DNA of 64,000 nucleotides. Source: an uncultured Pirellulaceae bacterium. Lineage in GTDB: Bacteria > Planctomycetota > Planctomycetia > Pirellulales > Pirellulaceae. The translations under genes were made by a program, and so were the position numbers. The notes under the pieces were generated by a model. It saw only the letters and a program-made list of their open reading frames with translations. It made no database searches and was not told the DNA's origin. The stretch lies in contig CAZWSX010000003.1 of assembly GCA_964636985.1 (NCBI GenBank), forward strand, positions 361,627-425,626, in the 5' to 3' direction. Position 1 is the stretch's first letter. Every line of letters begins with the position of its first letter. Below, piece by piece: positions 9,948-19,877 of the stretch.

Positions 9948-11309
9948 TCAAACCAGCCCAGGAATAACGCGACCATTCGCTAGCACGCGCATCTCCGCGC
10001 GGGCTTCGGAATTGACGCCTGCCAGCTCGGCAATCGTCGTACCAACGTGCAGCGGCGAATAGGGCTCGGTCTTGGGGTATTCCCCGCGAGCATCGCTCTC
10101 GCCGATCACGCGCCCGGGTTCGACTCCCGCGCCCGACCAGAGCGAGAAGTAGCAAGGCGGCCAGTGGTCCCGCGCCGCCCGTGCGCTAATGCGGGGCGTT
10201 CGTCCGAATTCCCCCATGCACACCACCAAGGTCTGATCGATCAACCCGCGGTCGTACAAGTCGTCCAATAGCGCCGAGTAAACGCGATCGAGAATCGGGC
10301 AGTGCCAGTCTTGCAACAACTCGAAGTTGTAGATGTGCGTATCCCAACCGAACTCGAAGCCGGGATTGATCGCCTCGACGTGCCGACTGTAGTTCAGTTG
10401 GATATAAGGAACACCTGCCTCGGCTAAGCGCCGCGCAAGCAGCGCGCTTTGCCCAAAAACGGTCCAGCCATAGCGATCACGGGTCTTCTTGGATTCTTGC
10501 GTCAGATCGAAAGCAGCCTTCGCCGGGCCATTGGTCAACAAATCGAAAGCCCGGCTCGTCGCACGATTCCATGGCCCGCCAAGATCGTGTGCCGCAGCCA
10601 CCCGATCGAGCCGCTGCGACAGCTGCCGCCGATCGACTATCCGCGCGGGGTTGATATCGTCGAGCCACTGCAAGCCCGGCAGATTGATTTCCCCTTGCTG
10701 GTCGCAACCAATCAAAAACGGATCGTGTGCTCGGCCCAGCGTCCCGCCGCCAAAGCCTTCGATGCGGCGAGCACCGTCCATCACAACGCCGCTCGCGATC
10801 GAAAAGAACGGCGGCAAAACGTCGTCATGCCCGCGATGCTTGGCGATGATCGAGCCAAAGTTCGGCTGCACCGGCTGCGGCAGCTCCTCGAAGCCCGTGA
10901 GCGCCACCGTTCCCGCATCAGGGTGTCCCGGCGCCGTCGTCGCGTGCGACCTTACCAGCGTGAAGCGATCGCTCCGTTTAGCCATCTGCGGCAAGAGTTC
11001 GGTGAAGTGCACGCCCGGCGTTCGTGTGGGAATCACGCCAAACGGTCCACGAAACTCCGCCGGCGCGTTGGGCTTGGGGTCGCACGTATCGAGATGACTG
11101 GGAGCGCCCCACAAGAAGACAAAGATCACCGACTTCGCCCGTGCGCGCTTCGCGCTCTCCGCAGCAAGAGCCGAGGCGCCCATCCCCGAGATACCACTCA
11201 AGCTGGCGCCCAACGGGAGTGCCGTTGCCAGCCGCAACATCGAACGACGCGAGACGCCGCCGCAGGTGCGGGCGTCAAAGGCGCCGATATCGATGATGCG
11301 ATCGTCCAC
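9948..11309 (-). CDS. DUF1501 family protein (sulfatase-like, Tat-type signal)
   Basis: RRSMLRLATALPLGASL twin-arginine-like leader, then SVIFVFLWGAPSHLDTCDPKP, the characteristic DUF1501 N-terminal block. Confidence 0.8.
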   Translation of the reverse strand: MDDRIIDIGAFDARTCGGVSRRSMLRLATALPLGASLSGISGMGASALAAESAKRARAKSVIFVFLWGAPSHLDTCDPKPNAPAEFRGPFGVIPTRTPGVHFTELLPQMAKRSDRFTLVRSHATTAPGHPDAGTVALTGFEELPQPVQPNFGSIIAKHRGHDDVLPPFFSIASGVVMDGARRIEGFGGGTLGRAHDPFLIGCDQQGEINLPGLQWLDDINPARIVDRRQLSQRLDRVAAAHDLGGPWNRATSRAFDLLTNGPAKAAFDLTQESKKTRDRYGWTVFGQSALLARRLAEAGVPYIQLNYSRHVEAINPGFEFGWDTHIYNFELLQDWHCPILDRVYSALLDDLYDRGLIDQTLVVCMGEFGRTPRISARAARDHWPPCYFSLWSGAGVEPGRVIGESDARGEYPKTEPYSPLHVGTTIAELAGVNSEARAEMRVLANGRVIPGLV

Positions 11310-11520
11310 CTTCGGGCTCCGAAACGATCCTGGTCACAAGAGAATACCAAGGCGACTAACAAACTCGTAATCGTTCGATCGAAAAGTAATTCGCGCCGGC
11401 TTTACATCGGGTCGCGAATCTCAGTTGCTTAACTACTTCACCTTCTAGCATACGCTCCCGAACAACTGCGACGCGACCAGGTAAGTCACAGCAAACGTGC
11501 CTTCGCGTCGTTGAACTCCC

Positions 11521-11688
11521 CTATGACATCTTATCGTCTTGGCCTGGCCACCATGCTCCTCGTTTCGGGGGCCTGCGGGCTTGTTTTTCAAACCACTTGG
11601 TTGCGCGCAACGCCGCGAAACATACCGCGCAACAAACGACCCGCTCGCGGCGCAGGCGGAACGCGATCTGAGAAGCTTCCGCGCTAAC
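11521..11688 (+). pseudogene. orphan 5' fragment, a ~90-nt divergent duplicate of the start of the downstream MFS/spermidine-synthase gene, running into unrelated sequence and a stop
   Basis: ATGACATCTTATCGTCTTGGCCTGGCC...GTTTTTCAAACCACTTGGTTGCGC aligns with ATGACTTCTTATCGCCTCAAACTAGCC...GTCTTTCAAACCACTTGGCTGCGT at 11903. Most differences fall in third codon positions. Confidence 0.4.
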
Positions 11689-11902
11689 GCTCGGTAGCAA
11701 AGTTTTCGCAAAAAACCACCGCGGCCGCAACGAATCGTCAAGCTGCCGCTATCTAAGACCTGCGCTCGGTATAAAGTAGCTGAGACGAGGTGAGCGAACC
11801 CGTTCACCAGGCTTTCCGACGCTGAGAACCGCGACGCAACTGGGCACGTACCAGCCAAAGTGCTTTCGCACCCTTTGGCTTTTCGCCCAGTGGACCCTCG
11901 AC

Positions 11903-14900
11903 ATGACTTCTTATCGCCTCAAACTAGCCCTGATGCTGCTCGTTTCGGGAGCATGCGGGCTCGTCTTTCAAACCACTTGGCTGCGTGAATTCCGCCTGAT
12001 CTTTGGTGGATCGACCCCCGCCACAGCCGCCGTGCTCGCCGTTTTTATGGGCGGGCTGGGAATTGGCAACGCTCTCTTCGGCAGCTTCGCCGAACGATCT
12101 AAAAACCCGCTTCGGCTCTACGGCTTGCTCGAAGGTGGAATTGCCCTCAGCGCCATGCTCAGCCCATTTGCTCTCAAGCTGGCGATGTCGATCTACACGC
12201 AACTAGGCGGACAGTCGGCCCTGGGGCCTCTCGGCGCCACGCTGGTGCGGCTTGGGCTCGCCACCGTGGTGATGGGCATTCCCACCATCCTGATGGGTGG
12301 AACTTTGCCCGCCGTCGCAAAAGCGGTCACCACTCATTCCGATGTCCAACGCCGATGGCTGGCCGCCTTCTACGGACTGAACACACTCGGCGCCGTCCTG
12401 GGCACTCTGTTGGCAACCTTTGTGCTGCTGGAAAGCCTCGGCCACACGGCAACGCTATTCGCTGCATGCGCTGCCAACTTGCTTTTGGCCGTGACCGCGT
12501 GGTTCATCTCGTCGAAGCCCGCGCCCGTCGAAGCCCTGCCAAAGAAAACCAAGCGCGAGCGAAAAAAAGAACACGACGTCAACCACATCGACGCGGAACG
12601 GCCCGCAAAGCCGACGGAAGAACTCGCGTTGCCGATGTGGAGCATCTATCTGACGGCCGCCCTTTGTGGATGCATCTTCTTCCTGATGGAGTTGATCTGG
12701 GACCGCATGTTGACGCCGCTCCTGGGCGGATCGACGTTCACCTTCGCCGTGATTCTGGCGACGGTCCTGTTGGGTATAGGGATCGGCGGTTTGCTTTACC
12801 CGGTGATCGCTCGAAGGTTTGGCGTTACCCCCGCGCTCTTGGCAATCATGTGCGCGGCACAGGCGCTGACGATTGCGATTCCCTTAGCCTTAGGTGATCA
12901 AGTGGCTGTCTTCACAGCTTGGGTCCGCTCTCACCACGTCTCGAATTTCGCCACCCTCGTCCGCAGCTGGTTCATGATCACGACGATTGTTGTCTTCCCC
13001 ACATCGTTGATCGCGGGCATGCAGTTCCCCATTCTCGCCGCTTTGCTCGGCCGCGGCGATACCAATGTCAGTCGGCAGTACGGTTGGCTCGTCTTCTGGA
13101 ACACGTGCGGCTCGATCCTCGGTGCGCTGGCCGGAGGCTTCGGGCTGATTCCATTGCTCACCGCCACGGGCGCGTGGCGTATCTCGGCAGCCGTACTGGC
13201 CGTGCTGGCCATCGTGTGGGCGATCGTCGCGATTTGCGCCACCACCAAGCGAATCGGCGCCGCGGCGGCATTTGCCATTACTGCTGTTGCCGTGGTCTGT
13301 CTCTTCGCCATGGGTCCCACACCCTTCTGGCGGCACAGCGGCATCGGGGCGGGACGCGTCCGGCTCGCCAAATGGGGAGCGAACGACGTCAAGAATACAC
13401 TCCTGCAATATCGTTCCACGACCATCTGGGAGGCGGATGGCGTCGAGTCGTCCGTAGCCATCCAATTGACCGATGGCCTCTCGCTCTTGGTAAACGGCAA
13501 GTCGGACGGCAGCGCCATCACCGATCGCGATACGCAAATCATGCTCGGCCTCCTGGCGCCGCTTCTCCGCGAAAAACTCAGCGACGCCCTCGTCGTCGGA
13601 CTCGGAACAGGCGAAACGGCCGGTTGGCTCGCCGAGTGTCCCGATACCAAGCGCGTCGACGTTATCGAACTCGAGCCCGCTGTCGGCGAAATGGGCCGCC
13701 GCTGCGGCGAGCTCAACTTCAACGTCATGAACCACCCCAAAGTCAATCTGATCTACAACGACGCGCGAGAAGTACTTCTTACCACGCCCAATCAATACGA
13801 CCTGGTCGTCTCCGAGCCCTCCAATCCCTACCGGGCAGGCGTGGCCAGCCTCTTCACCGACGAGTACTACGCCGCCGCGAAGAAGCGCCTTCGGCCGCGC
13901 GGTGTCTTTGTGCAATGGCTCCAAGGCTACGAAGTCGATGTGCTCACCGTGCAAACCGTCTTCGCAACGCTGCTGCGGCAGTTCAAACACGTTGAGGTGT
14001 GGAGCGGGATCGCCAACGATTTGATCCTGGTCTGCCGCGACGATGACGAGCCTTACGACTGGGAAAACATCGGCTCGCGGCTGGGCCAACATCCCTTTCA
14101 GCAAGGAGTGCGGGCGGCATGGAACATGTACGACATCGAGGGCGTCGCCGCGCACTACGTGGCCGGAGTCAAAACGGTGCGCGGCCAGGCCGAGATCGCC
14201 GGCTTCTTCAACAGCGACGATCAAAACTCTTTGGAATACGCATTCGCTCGCTCCGTGGCCTCCTGGCAAGGTCAATCGACCGTCCAGGACGCAACGCTCT
14301 TTAGCATGATCGACCTGCGGAAAAAGGCGCTGCAAGACTCCGACGGCGAGCCACCAGCAAAGGACCTTGCCCCCGATCCCGAACGGACACGCGAACGTCG
14401 TATCTCAATGCTCGCTCGGCATCATGAGTCGCTGTTTGTCGAGGGCGAAGATTCAGCCAGGGAAGCTCGCCGCCTGTCGCTTCAACAGGCCGGAGAACGC
14501 GAAATCGAGAAGTCGCTGTACATTTGGGGCACGCAGACCGACGATCCTCACGACGCCATCCAATGCTGCTTGATGGCGCCGATCTTTGGTTTGAAAGACC
14601 CACCCAGGATGAAAGCCACCATCGATCGCCTGGCGAAATGGTCGCCCAACGACACCGCCGTGTTGGAACCGTACTACTACTATGTGATTCAAGACTTCGC
14701 CACTTGCGATAACAAGGTTTTTGAGGCGTTCGATCGATTGCGCTCGGACCCGTGGATCGACCACCACGTCGTGTTTTTCTTTTTCCGAGCGGTTGTTGCG
14801 CGAGGCCACGACGACAAGGAATTCCGGCGAAAGGCCTACGAGGCGCTGAAACAACCGTTTCCTGGATTCGCGGCCGACTTGGAACGCCGTTCCACCCTGA

Positions 14901-15079
14901 TGGAACTTGCGGTAATGCTCGATCCAAAGACGGCCGCGGAGGCGTTCCGCGCGCACGAGCGCTACCTCGACTGGAGCGAACAGTACCTAAAACCCAGAGC
15001 AAACGCCTACCGCGCGGTCAACGATCCCATGACTGAACAAGCACTGCGCGACTTGGCCAACTTCCGCGCGAATAAGTAG
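11903..15079 (+). CDS. fused MFS-type transporter / spermidine-synthase-like (class I SAM-fold aminopropyltransferase) protein with a C-terminal TPR-like helical domain
   Basis: About 12 N-terminal TM helices. Spermidine-synthase-like core at VVGLGTGETAGWLAE...VDVIELEPAV...IYNDAREVL...YDLVVSEPSNPY...SLFTDEYY...GVFVQW. Helical tail of ~350 aa. Confidence 0.75.
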   Translation: MTSYRLKLALMLLVSGACGLVFQTTWLREFRLIFGGSTPATAAVLAVFMGGLGIGNALFGSFAERSKNPLRLYGLLEGGIALSAMLSPFALKLAMSIYTQLGGQSALGPLGATLVRLGLATVVMGIPTILMGGTLPAVAKAVTTHSDVQRRWLAAFYGLNTLGAVLGTLLATFVLLESLGHTATLFAACAANLLLAVTAWFISSKPAPVEALPKKTKRERKKEHDVNHIDAERPAKPTEELALPMWSIYLTAALCGCIFFLMELIWDRMLTPLLGGSTFTFAVILATVLLGIGIGGLLYPVIARRFGVTPALLAIMCAAQALTIAIPLALGDQVAVFTAWVRSHHVSNFATLVRSWFMITTIVVFPTSLIAGMQFPILAALLGRGDTNVSRQYGWLVFWNTCGSILGALAGGFGLIPLLTATGAWRISAAVLAVLAIVWAIVAICATTKRIGAAAAFAITAVAVVCLFAMGPTPFWRHSGIGAGRVRLAKWGANDVKNTLLQYRSTTIWEADGVESSVAIQLTDGLSLLVNGKSDGSAITDRDTQIMLGLLAPLLREKLSDALVVGLGTGETAGWLAECPDTKRVDVIELEPAVGEMGRRCGELNFNVMNHPKVNLIYNDAREVLLTTPNQYDLVVSEPSNPYRAGVASLFTDEYYAAAKKRLRPRGVFVQWLQGYEVDVLTVQTVFATLLRQFKHVEVWSGIANDLILVCRDDDEPYDWENIGSRLGQHPFQQGVRAAWNMYDIEGVAAHYVAGVKTVRGQAEIAGFFNSDDQNSLEYAFARSVASWQGQSTVQDATLFSMIDLRKKALQDSDGEPPAKDLAPDPERTRERRISMLARHHESLFVEGEDSAREARRLSLQQAGEREIEKSLYIWGTQTDDPHDAIQCCLMAPIFGLKDPPRMKATIDRLAKWSPNDTAVLEPYYYYVIQDFATCDNKVFEAFDRLRSDPWIDHHVVFFFFRAVVARGHDDKEFRRKAYEALKQPFPGFAADLERRSTLMELAVMLDPKTAAEAFRAHERYLDWSEQYLKPRANAYRAVNDPMTEQALRDLANFRANK

Positions 15080-15118
15080 CGCAATGAATTCTATTTACAT
15101 CCCACAACGAGTTTCACG

Positions 15119-16528
15119 ATGAATCGTTTTGCCGTTGCCTGCCTCTTTGCGGTTTCTGTCGTTCTTACCAGAAACGGCCTCGCCGACGACGTCTTGAAAG
15201 TCGGCGTCGCCAAAACCGACATCACGCCGCCTGTTGGCTGTCGAATGTGCGGGTACTTCAACGAGCGATTCAACACCGGGACCAAAGATCCCCTGCATGC
15301 CAAGGCCATCGCCTGGATTCAAGGCGAGACCAAGGTCGTCTTCGTCGCCTGCGATCTCATTGGACTCTCGGCCTCGATCACCGCCGATGCACGGAAGCAA
15401 ATCGAAGCTCGGACCAGCACGCCGGCCGATCACGTTATCGTCCATGGAACGCACTCGCACACCGGGCCGCTCTACGGCGGCGCGATGCGGAACTACTTCC
15501 ATCGTCTGGCCATCGAGCGCGACGGCAAGGACGCCGCCGAGCCCATCGATTACCCCAAGTTCCTCGCCGCGAAAATCGCCGAGGCCGCCGAAACAGCAAT
15601 CAACAATGTCCGCCCCGCCACGCTAGAAACGGGCATCGGCGAAGAGACGGAACTCTCGTTCAATCGCCGCTGGCATCTGACCGATGGAACCGTTCAATTC
15701 AATCCAGGCCGCGGCAATCCCAAACTAGTTCGCCCAGCGGGTCCAATCGATCCCGATCTCGGCATCGTGCTGGTCCGCGACGCCGAAACCAAACAGCCGA
15801 CCGCGAGCCTCACCTCCTTCGCACTCCACTTAGACACCGTCGGCGGAACGCTCTACGCAGCCGACTATCCCTACTACCTGGAAAAGGGGCTGCAAAGCAA
15901 GTTCGGCGAGAACTTCCTCAGCATCTTCGGCACCGGAACCTGCGGCGACATAAACCACGTCGACTTCCATCTCAAGGAGGCCCCCAAGCACGACAAGATC
16001 GAGTCTGACCGGATCGGCTCAGCCCTCGCTGAACGCGTGCTGGAAACCCTCCCGCGTCTGGAGCGGCAAACTCGCCCCATCCTGGCAGTGAAACGGACCG
16101 CGTTCGAGGCTCCCAAGCAGCAGTATCCACCCGAGCGCGTCGCAATCGCCAAACGCGACATGGCCAAAGTGGGAACCAACCAGGCCACGTTCCTGGAACA
16201 AGTCGAAACGGTCAAGATCGTCGAGTTAAGCGAACACGAGCCGGACACCGTTCAAATCGAAGTCCAGGCAATTCGCCTCACCAGCGACACAGCGATCATC
16301 GCCATTCCCGGTGAAGTCTTCGTGCAACTAGGCCTGGGGATCAAGCTCAACTCCCCTTTCAAAACGACGCTCGTGATCGAACTCTGCAACAACAGCCCGG
16401 CCTACATCCCGACCAAGCGAGCCTTCGTTGAAGGAAGCTACGAAACCATCAATAGCCGCACCGTCCCCGGCACCGGCGAGAAAATGGTCGCCGCAGCCAT
16501 CGACTTGCTGGAGTCGCTCAAGCCGTAG
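15119..16528 (+). CDS. neutral/alkaline ceramidase N-terminal-domain-like secreted hydrolase
   Basis: Signal peptide, then LKVGVAKTDITPPVGCRMCGY...VVFVACDLIGLS..., which resembles the conserved N-terminal block of non-lysosomal ceramidases. Confidence 0.55.
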   Translation: MNRFAVACLFAVSVVLTRNGLADDVLKVGVAKTDITPPVGCRMCGYFNERFNTGTKDPLHAKAIAWIQGETKVVFVACDLIGLSASITADARKQIEARTSTPADHVIVHGTHSHTGPLYGGAMRNYFHRLAIERDGKDAAEPIDYPKFLAAKIAEAAETAINNVRPATLETGIGEETELSFNRRWHLTDGTVQFNPGRGNPKLVRPAGPIDPDLGIVLVRDAETKQPTASLTSFALHLDTVGGTLYAADYPYYLEKGLQSKFGENFLSIFGTGTCGDINHVDFHLKEAPKHDKIESDRIGSALAERVLETLPRLERQTRPILAVKRTAFEAPKQQYPPERVAIAKRDMAKVGTNQATFLEQVETVKIVELSEHEPDTVQIEVQAIRLTSDTAIIAIPGEVFVQLGLGIKLNSPFKTTLVIELCNNSPAYIPTKRAFVEGSYETINSRTVPGTGEKMVAAAIDLLESLKP

Positions 16529-16621
16529 AATGGTGCATGCGAAGGTTGGTCGAGCGAAGTATAACGGTAGGTATTCTGAGTAAACGATTTTGTACGCTAG
16601 AACACCCAGGAGTTTTCGTCC

Positions 16622-17083
16622 GTGAGCGCAGACGCAAATTTGGCCGCACTAAATGTCACCTTGCCCCCGCCCCCCAAGCCCGCCGGCGTTTATAAGCCGG
16701 TGATCGTCGTCGGCAACCTTGCCTACGTCTCGGGGCACGGACCATTGATGCCCGACGGAAGTTTGATGACGGGCCGCGTCGGGGCCCAGGTCGATCAACA
16801 AGCCGGCTACAACGCCGCCAGGCAAACCGGCCTGGCCATCCTGGCCACGCTCAAGAACCACTTCGGCAGCCTCGACAAAATCAAGCGCGTCATCAAGACG
16901 CTCGGGATGGTCAATTGCACGCCCGAGTTCGCCAACCACCCGGCGGTGATCAACGGCTTTAGCGAACTCTGCGCCCAGATTTGGGGCCCCGACCACGGCG
17001 TGGGCGCACGCAGCGCTGTCGGCATGGGTTCGCTTCCCACGAACATCACGGTCGAAATCGAAGTCATCTTCGAATTGGCTTAA
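16622..17083 (+). CDS. RidA/YjgF/L-PSP family protein
   Basis: 153 aa with the typical AGVYKPVIVVGNLAYVSGHGP...RSAVGMGSLPTNITVEIEVIFEL fold signature. Confidence 0.8.
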   Translation: MSADANLAALNVTLPPPPKPAGVYKPVIVVGNLAYVSGHGPLMPDGSLMTGRVGAQVDQQAGYNAARQTGLAILATLKNHFGSLDKIKRVIKTLGMVNCTPEFANHPAVINGFSELCAQIWGPDHGVGARSAVGMGSLPTNITVEIEVIFELA

Positions 17084-17098
17084 AGCCGGAGAACTGAC

Positions 17099-17578
17099 GT
17101 GTCGGCGGCGGTTTCGGATACGGTAGTGGACATTGCACCCCGGCGTGCCAGCGGGATGGACTATCTATTCCACCTGGCCTTGTTCACCACCTGCTTTGTC
17201 GTCCTGTTTCTCGCGCTCGTATTCCGAGTGCGTGAACCCGACAAAATCATCGTCCCGATTTTCAACGAGCCGCTGCCGCCATCCTGCACGATGAAAACGC
17301 TAACGGGCTACGATTGCCCCGGCTGCGGGCTCACTCGATCATTTGTGAGCCTCGCCCACGGCAACATCGTCCGCGCGTTCACGTTCAACTTCGCCGGTCC
17401 GCTTCTCTTTTCGCTGATGGCCTTTCAGCTGGTCTACCGGCCCTGGCAACTGTGGCGAATCCGCAACGGCCAGCGCGAGTTCGACCTCACCACGCCAGGC
17501 GGACTGGCACTCGGCGCCATCGCGATCGTCCTAGTCCTGCAATGGGCAATCCGAGCCGGGCTATCGATGTCGGCGTAG
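17099..17578 (+). CDS. DUF2752-like small membrane protein with CPGCG motif
   Basis: GYDCPGCGLTRSFVSLAHGN motif between hydrophobic helices. Confidence 0.55.
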   Translation: MSAAVSDTVVDIAPRRASGMDYLFHLALFTTCFVVLFLALVFRVREPDKIIVPIFNEPLPPSCTMKTLTGYDCPGCGLTRSFVSLAHGNIVRAFTFNFAGPLLFSLMAFQLVYRPWQLWRIRNGQREFDLTTPGGLALGAIAIVLVLQWAIRAGLSMSA

Positions 17579-17592
17579 CAAGACACCCGTAG

Positions 17593-17612
17593 CCGCGTTC
17601 GCCAGAACGCGG
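17593..17612. repeat. GCCA-loop hairpin element, copy 1 (3' of the DUF2752 gene)
   Basis: CCGCGTTC-GCCA-GAACGCGG in the context CCGTAGC...GTGAAG. Confidence 0.6.
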
Positions 17613-17626
17613 TGAAGCTCCAACCG

Positions 17627-18670
17627 CTACCGCTCCCACCGAAAAATCTTTAGCGCCACCGCAAACGACCCCACGCCCCAAGCCAGCAACATCAGCGCCG
17701 GCTTCCAAAGCGTAATCAGCGATTCTCCCTCCAGCATGATCCCGCGCAAAATGTTCACCAGGCACGTCAGCGGCAACGCCTGAATGAATGGCTGAAAGAA
17801 AGCCGGGAAACGGTCGGCCGAAAAGAAGACGCCCGACCCAATCCACATCGGTAGCATGATCAAGTTCATCAGCCCGCTGATGGCGTCGATCGTATTCGCC
17901 CGCGAAGCGATCAAGAGTCCAAGTCCGGCGAAACTCGCTCCGCCGAGCAACATCGCAATCGCCAGTTCCAGGTAGTTTCCTTGGCAAGTCACGCCGAACG
18001 CAAGCCAACCGAACAGCAGCAAAAAGGTCATGTCGAACACGGTGAAGATCAACCGCGATAGCATCACGCTCAACAGAAAATCCCCCTTCCGCATCGGCGT
18101 CGCCATCATCCGCTTCAGTAGCTTGCGCATCCGCATGTCGACCAGCACGAAGCCGATCCCCCACATGCCGCCACCCATCAGATTCATGCCAATCAGGCCA
18201 GGCAACAAAAAGTCGATGTAGCGGCTCCCTTTCTCTTCCAGTCGCATTTCCGACACCGCCGGTGCCTGGCTTCCAAGCTGATCTCGCAGAAACACATTCT
18301 CCACCGCCTGACGGGCCAGCACGCTCTCCGCGCGCCGCGGCTCGAACCAATAGTCAGGCGATTCCTTGCTCGTATCGACCACCAGATTCGTCTTGCCCGA
18401 TTGCAGTCGCTTCTTCCAATCCTTGTCGGTCGAGTTGGCCACGACAAATCGCTTGTCGCTCTTCAGTTTTTCTACGAATATTTCAGCCTTCGGCCCGATC
18501 ACGTCGACCAGGTGCGTTTCCTTGGGCTCGCCCCGAAAGGCCAGCCCAAGCGCCGTCAGCATGAGTAGTGGGAACGCGTACGTCCAAAAAACAGCCTCCG
18601 GCTCGCGGAGGAATTGCTTCACCCGCGCCGTGATCAGTTGCACTAGCGCCGACCCGCGTCCGCCACTCAT
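17627..18670 (-). CDS. ABC-2 type transporter permease
   Basis: 347-aa protein with an N-terminal soluble part followed by six hydrophobic helices. The stop abuts the ATPase gene. Confidence 0.75.
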   Translation of the reverse strand: MSGGRGSALVQLITARVKQFLREPEAVFWTYAFPLLMLTALGLAFRGEPKETHLVDVIGPKAEIFVEKLKSDKRFVVANSTDKDWKKRLQSGKTNLVVDTSKESPDYWFEPRRAESVLARQAVENVFLRDQLGSQAPAVSEMRLEEKGSRYIDFLLPGLIGMNLMGGGMWGIGFVLVDMRMRKLLKRMMATPMRKGDFLLSVMLSRLIFTVFDMTFLLLFGWLAFGVTCQGNYLELAIAMLLGGASFAGLGLLIASRANTIDAISGLMNLIMLPMWIGSGVFFSADRFPAFFQPFIQALPLTCLVNILRGIMLEGESLITLWKPALMLLAWGVGSFAVALKIFRWER

Positions 18671-19627
18671 CTAGTTTTCTCCCCCGTCGCGCAAGTGTCG
18701 CCCGGTCAGCGAAATGAAGACGTCTTCCAGCGTCGCATGCCGCGTGGTCAACGTAGCGAACGATCGGCCACTGCTCTGCAAATGATTCATCAACGCCGGC
18801 AACGCAATATGCGGCTCGTCGACCGAAAGGCTGTAGGCGCCGTCCTCGTGCCGGACCGCCCGCACCGACGGCAAGTTCTGAAACTCGGCATCCGTCGCCT
18901 TCATTCCGTTTTCTTCAAGCGAGAAGTCAACAATGTGTTGCCCGCCCAAGTTCGCAATCAATTCCGCAGGCGTTCCCAGCGCGATAATGTTTCCATGATC
19001 CACCACGGCGACGCGGTCGCACAATCGCTCGGCCTCGTCCATGTAGTGCGTGGTGACGAACACGGTTTTGCCCGCATCGCGAAACGACCGGATGATCTCC
19101 CACAACTGCCGCCGCGATTGCGGATCGAGCCCCGTCGTCGGCTCGTCCAGAAAAAGAATGTCAGGCGACCCAACAATCGCACAAGCGACAGCCAAGCGCT
19201 GCTTTTGTCCGCCCGAGAGTTTCTCGACATAAGCGCCGGTTTTCTCTTGCAGCGAAACCTTCGCGATGGCTTCCTCTGCCGAAACGCCGCTTGCATAAAA
19301 CGATCGAAAAAGATGGACCGTTTCGCCGACGGTCAGCTTATCGGCCAAGCGCGTCTCCTGCAGCGAGATGCCAATCCGTTCGCGAATCGCTTGATCGTCG
19401 TGCCCCCACCGCAGGCCCAGCACTTCGATTTCGCCCGAGGTCGGCGCCAGCAGCCCCTCGATCATTTCCATGGTGGTCGTTTTGCCAGCACCGTTGGGCC
19501 CCAGCAAACCAAAGCACTCGCCACTGGCCACCTCCAAATCGATGCTGCGAACGGCCTCGACAGGCGGCTTGGCCGCATACGTTTTGACTAACTGCCGGCA
19601 CCGAATCGCCATCTTGGGAGGGTTCAT
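18671..19627 (-). CDS. ABC transporter ATP-binding protein (start 19627 or 19612 is more likely than the ORF-track start at 19831)
   Basis: Walker A GPNGAGKTT, ABC signature LSGGQKQRL, Walker B ILFLDEPT. ATG at 19627 (MNPPK) or 19612 (MAIRC). Confidence 0.85.
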   Translation of the reverse strand: MNPPKMAIRCRQLVKTYAAKPPVEAVRSIDLEVASGECFGLLGPNGAGKTTTMEMIEGLLAPTSGEIEVLGLRWGHDDQAIRERIGISLQETRLADKLTVGETVHLFRSFYASGVSAEEAIAKVSLQEKTGAYVEKLSGGQKQRLAVACAIVGSPDILFLDEPTTGLDPQSRRQLWEIIRSFRDAGKTVFVTTHYMDEAERLCDRVAVVDHGNIIALGTPAELIANLGGQHIVDFSLEENGMKATDAEFQNLPSVRAVRHEDGAYSLSVDEPHIALPALMNHLQSSGRSFATLTTRHATLEDVFISLTGRHLRDGGEN

Positions 19628-19877
19628 GCGTGAAATGATACTCGGCGGCGCCGGTACCGGCCACAAAGGGTAGGGAAGATCACGAAGCGTTGAAGGCCGG
19701 TCGACTGTGTAGCAATTCAAAGGCGGTCGAAGCGACACGATGAGAAAAGAAGAGGTTCGCGCTGATTTCTGATTAATCTGGTTCTCGCGCCAACCGCACA
19801 ATCTGGTGCCAATAGGAACCCGATTCTTCACAAGCGGCTCACCCTAGTTCCTTCTATACTCTGCGAACGTACGCCTC

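Noticed and set aside
19628-19831. N-terminal extension of the ABC ATPase ORF
   Set aside because: The conserved ABC N-terminus begins at MAIRCRQLVKTY, and the extension has no RBS and poor composition
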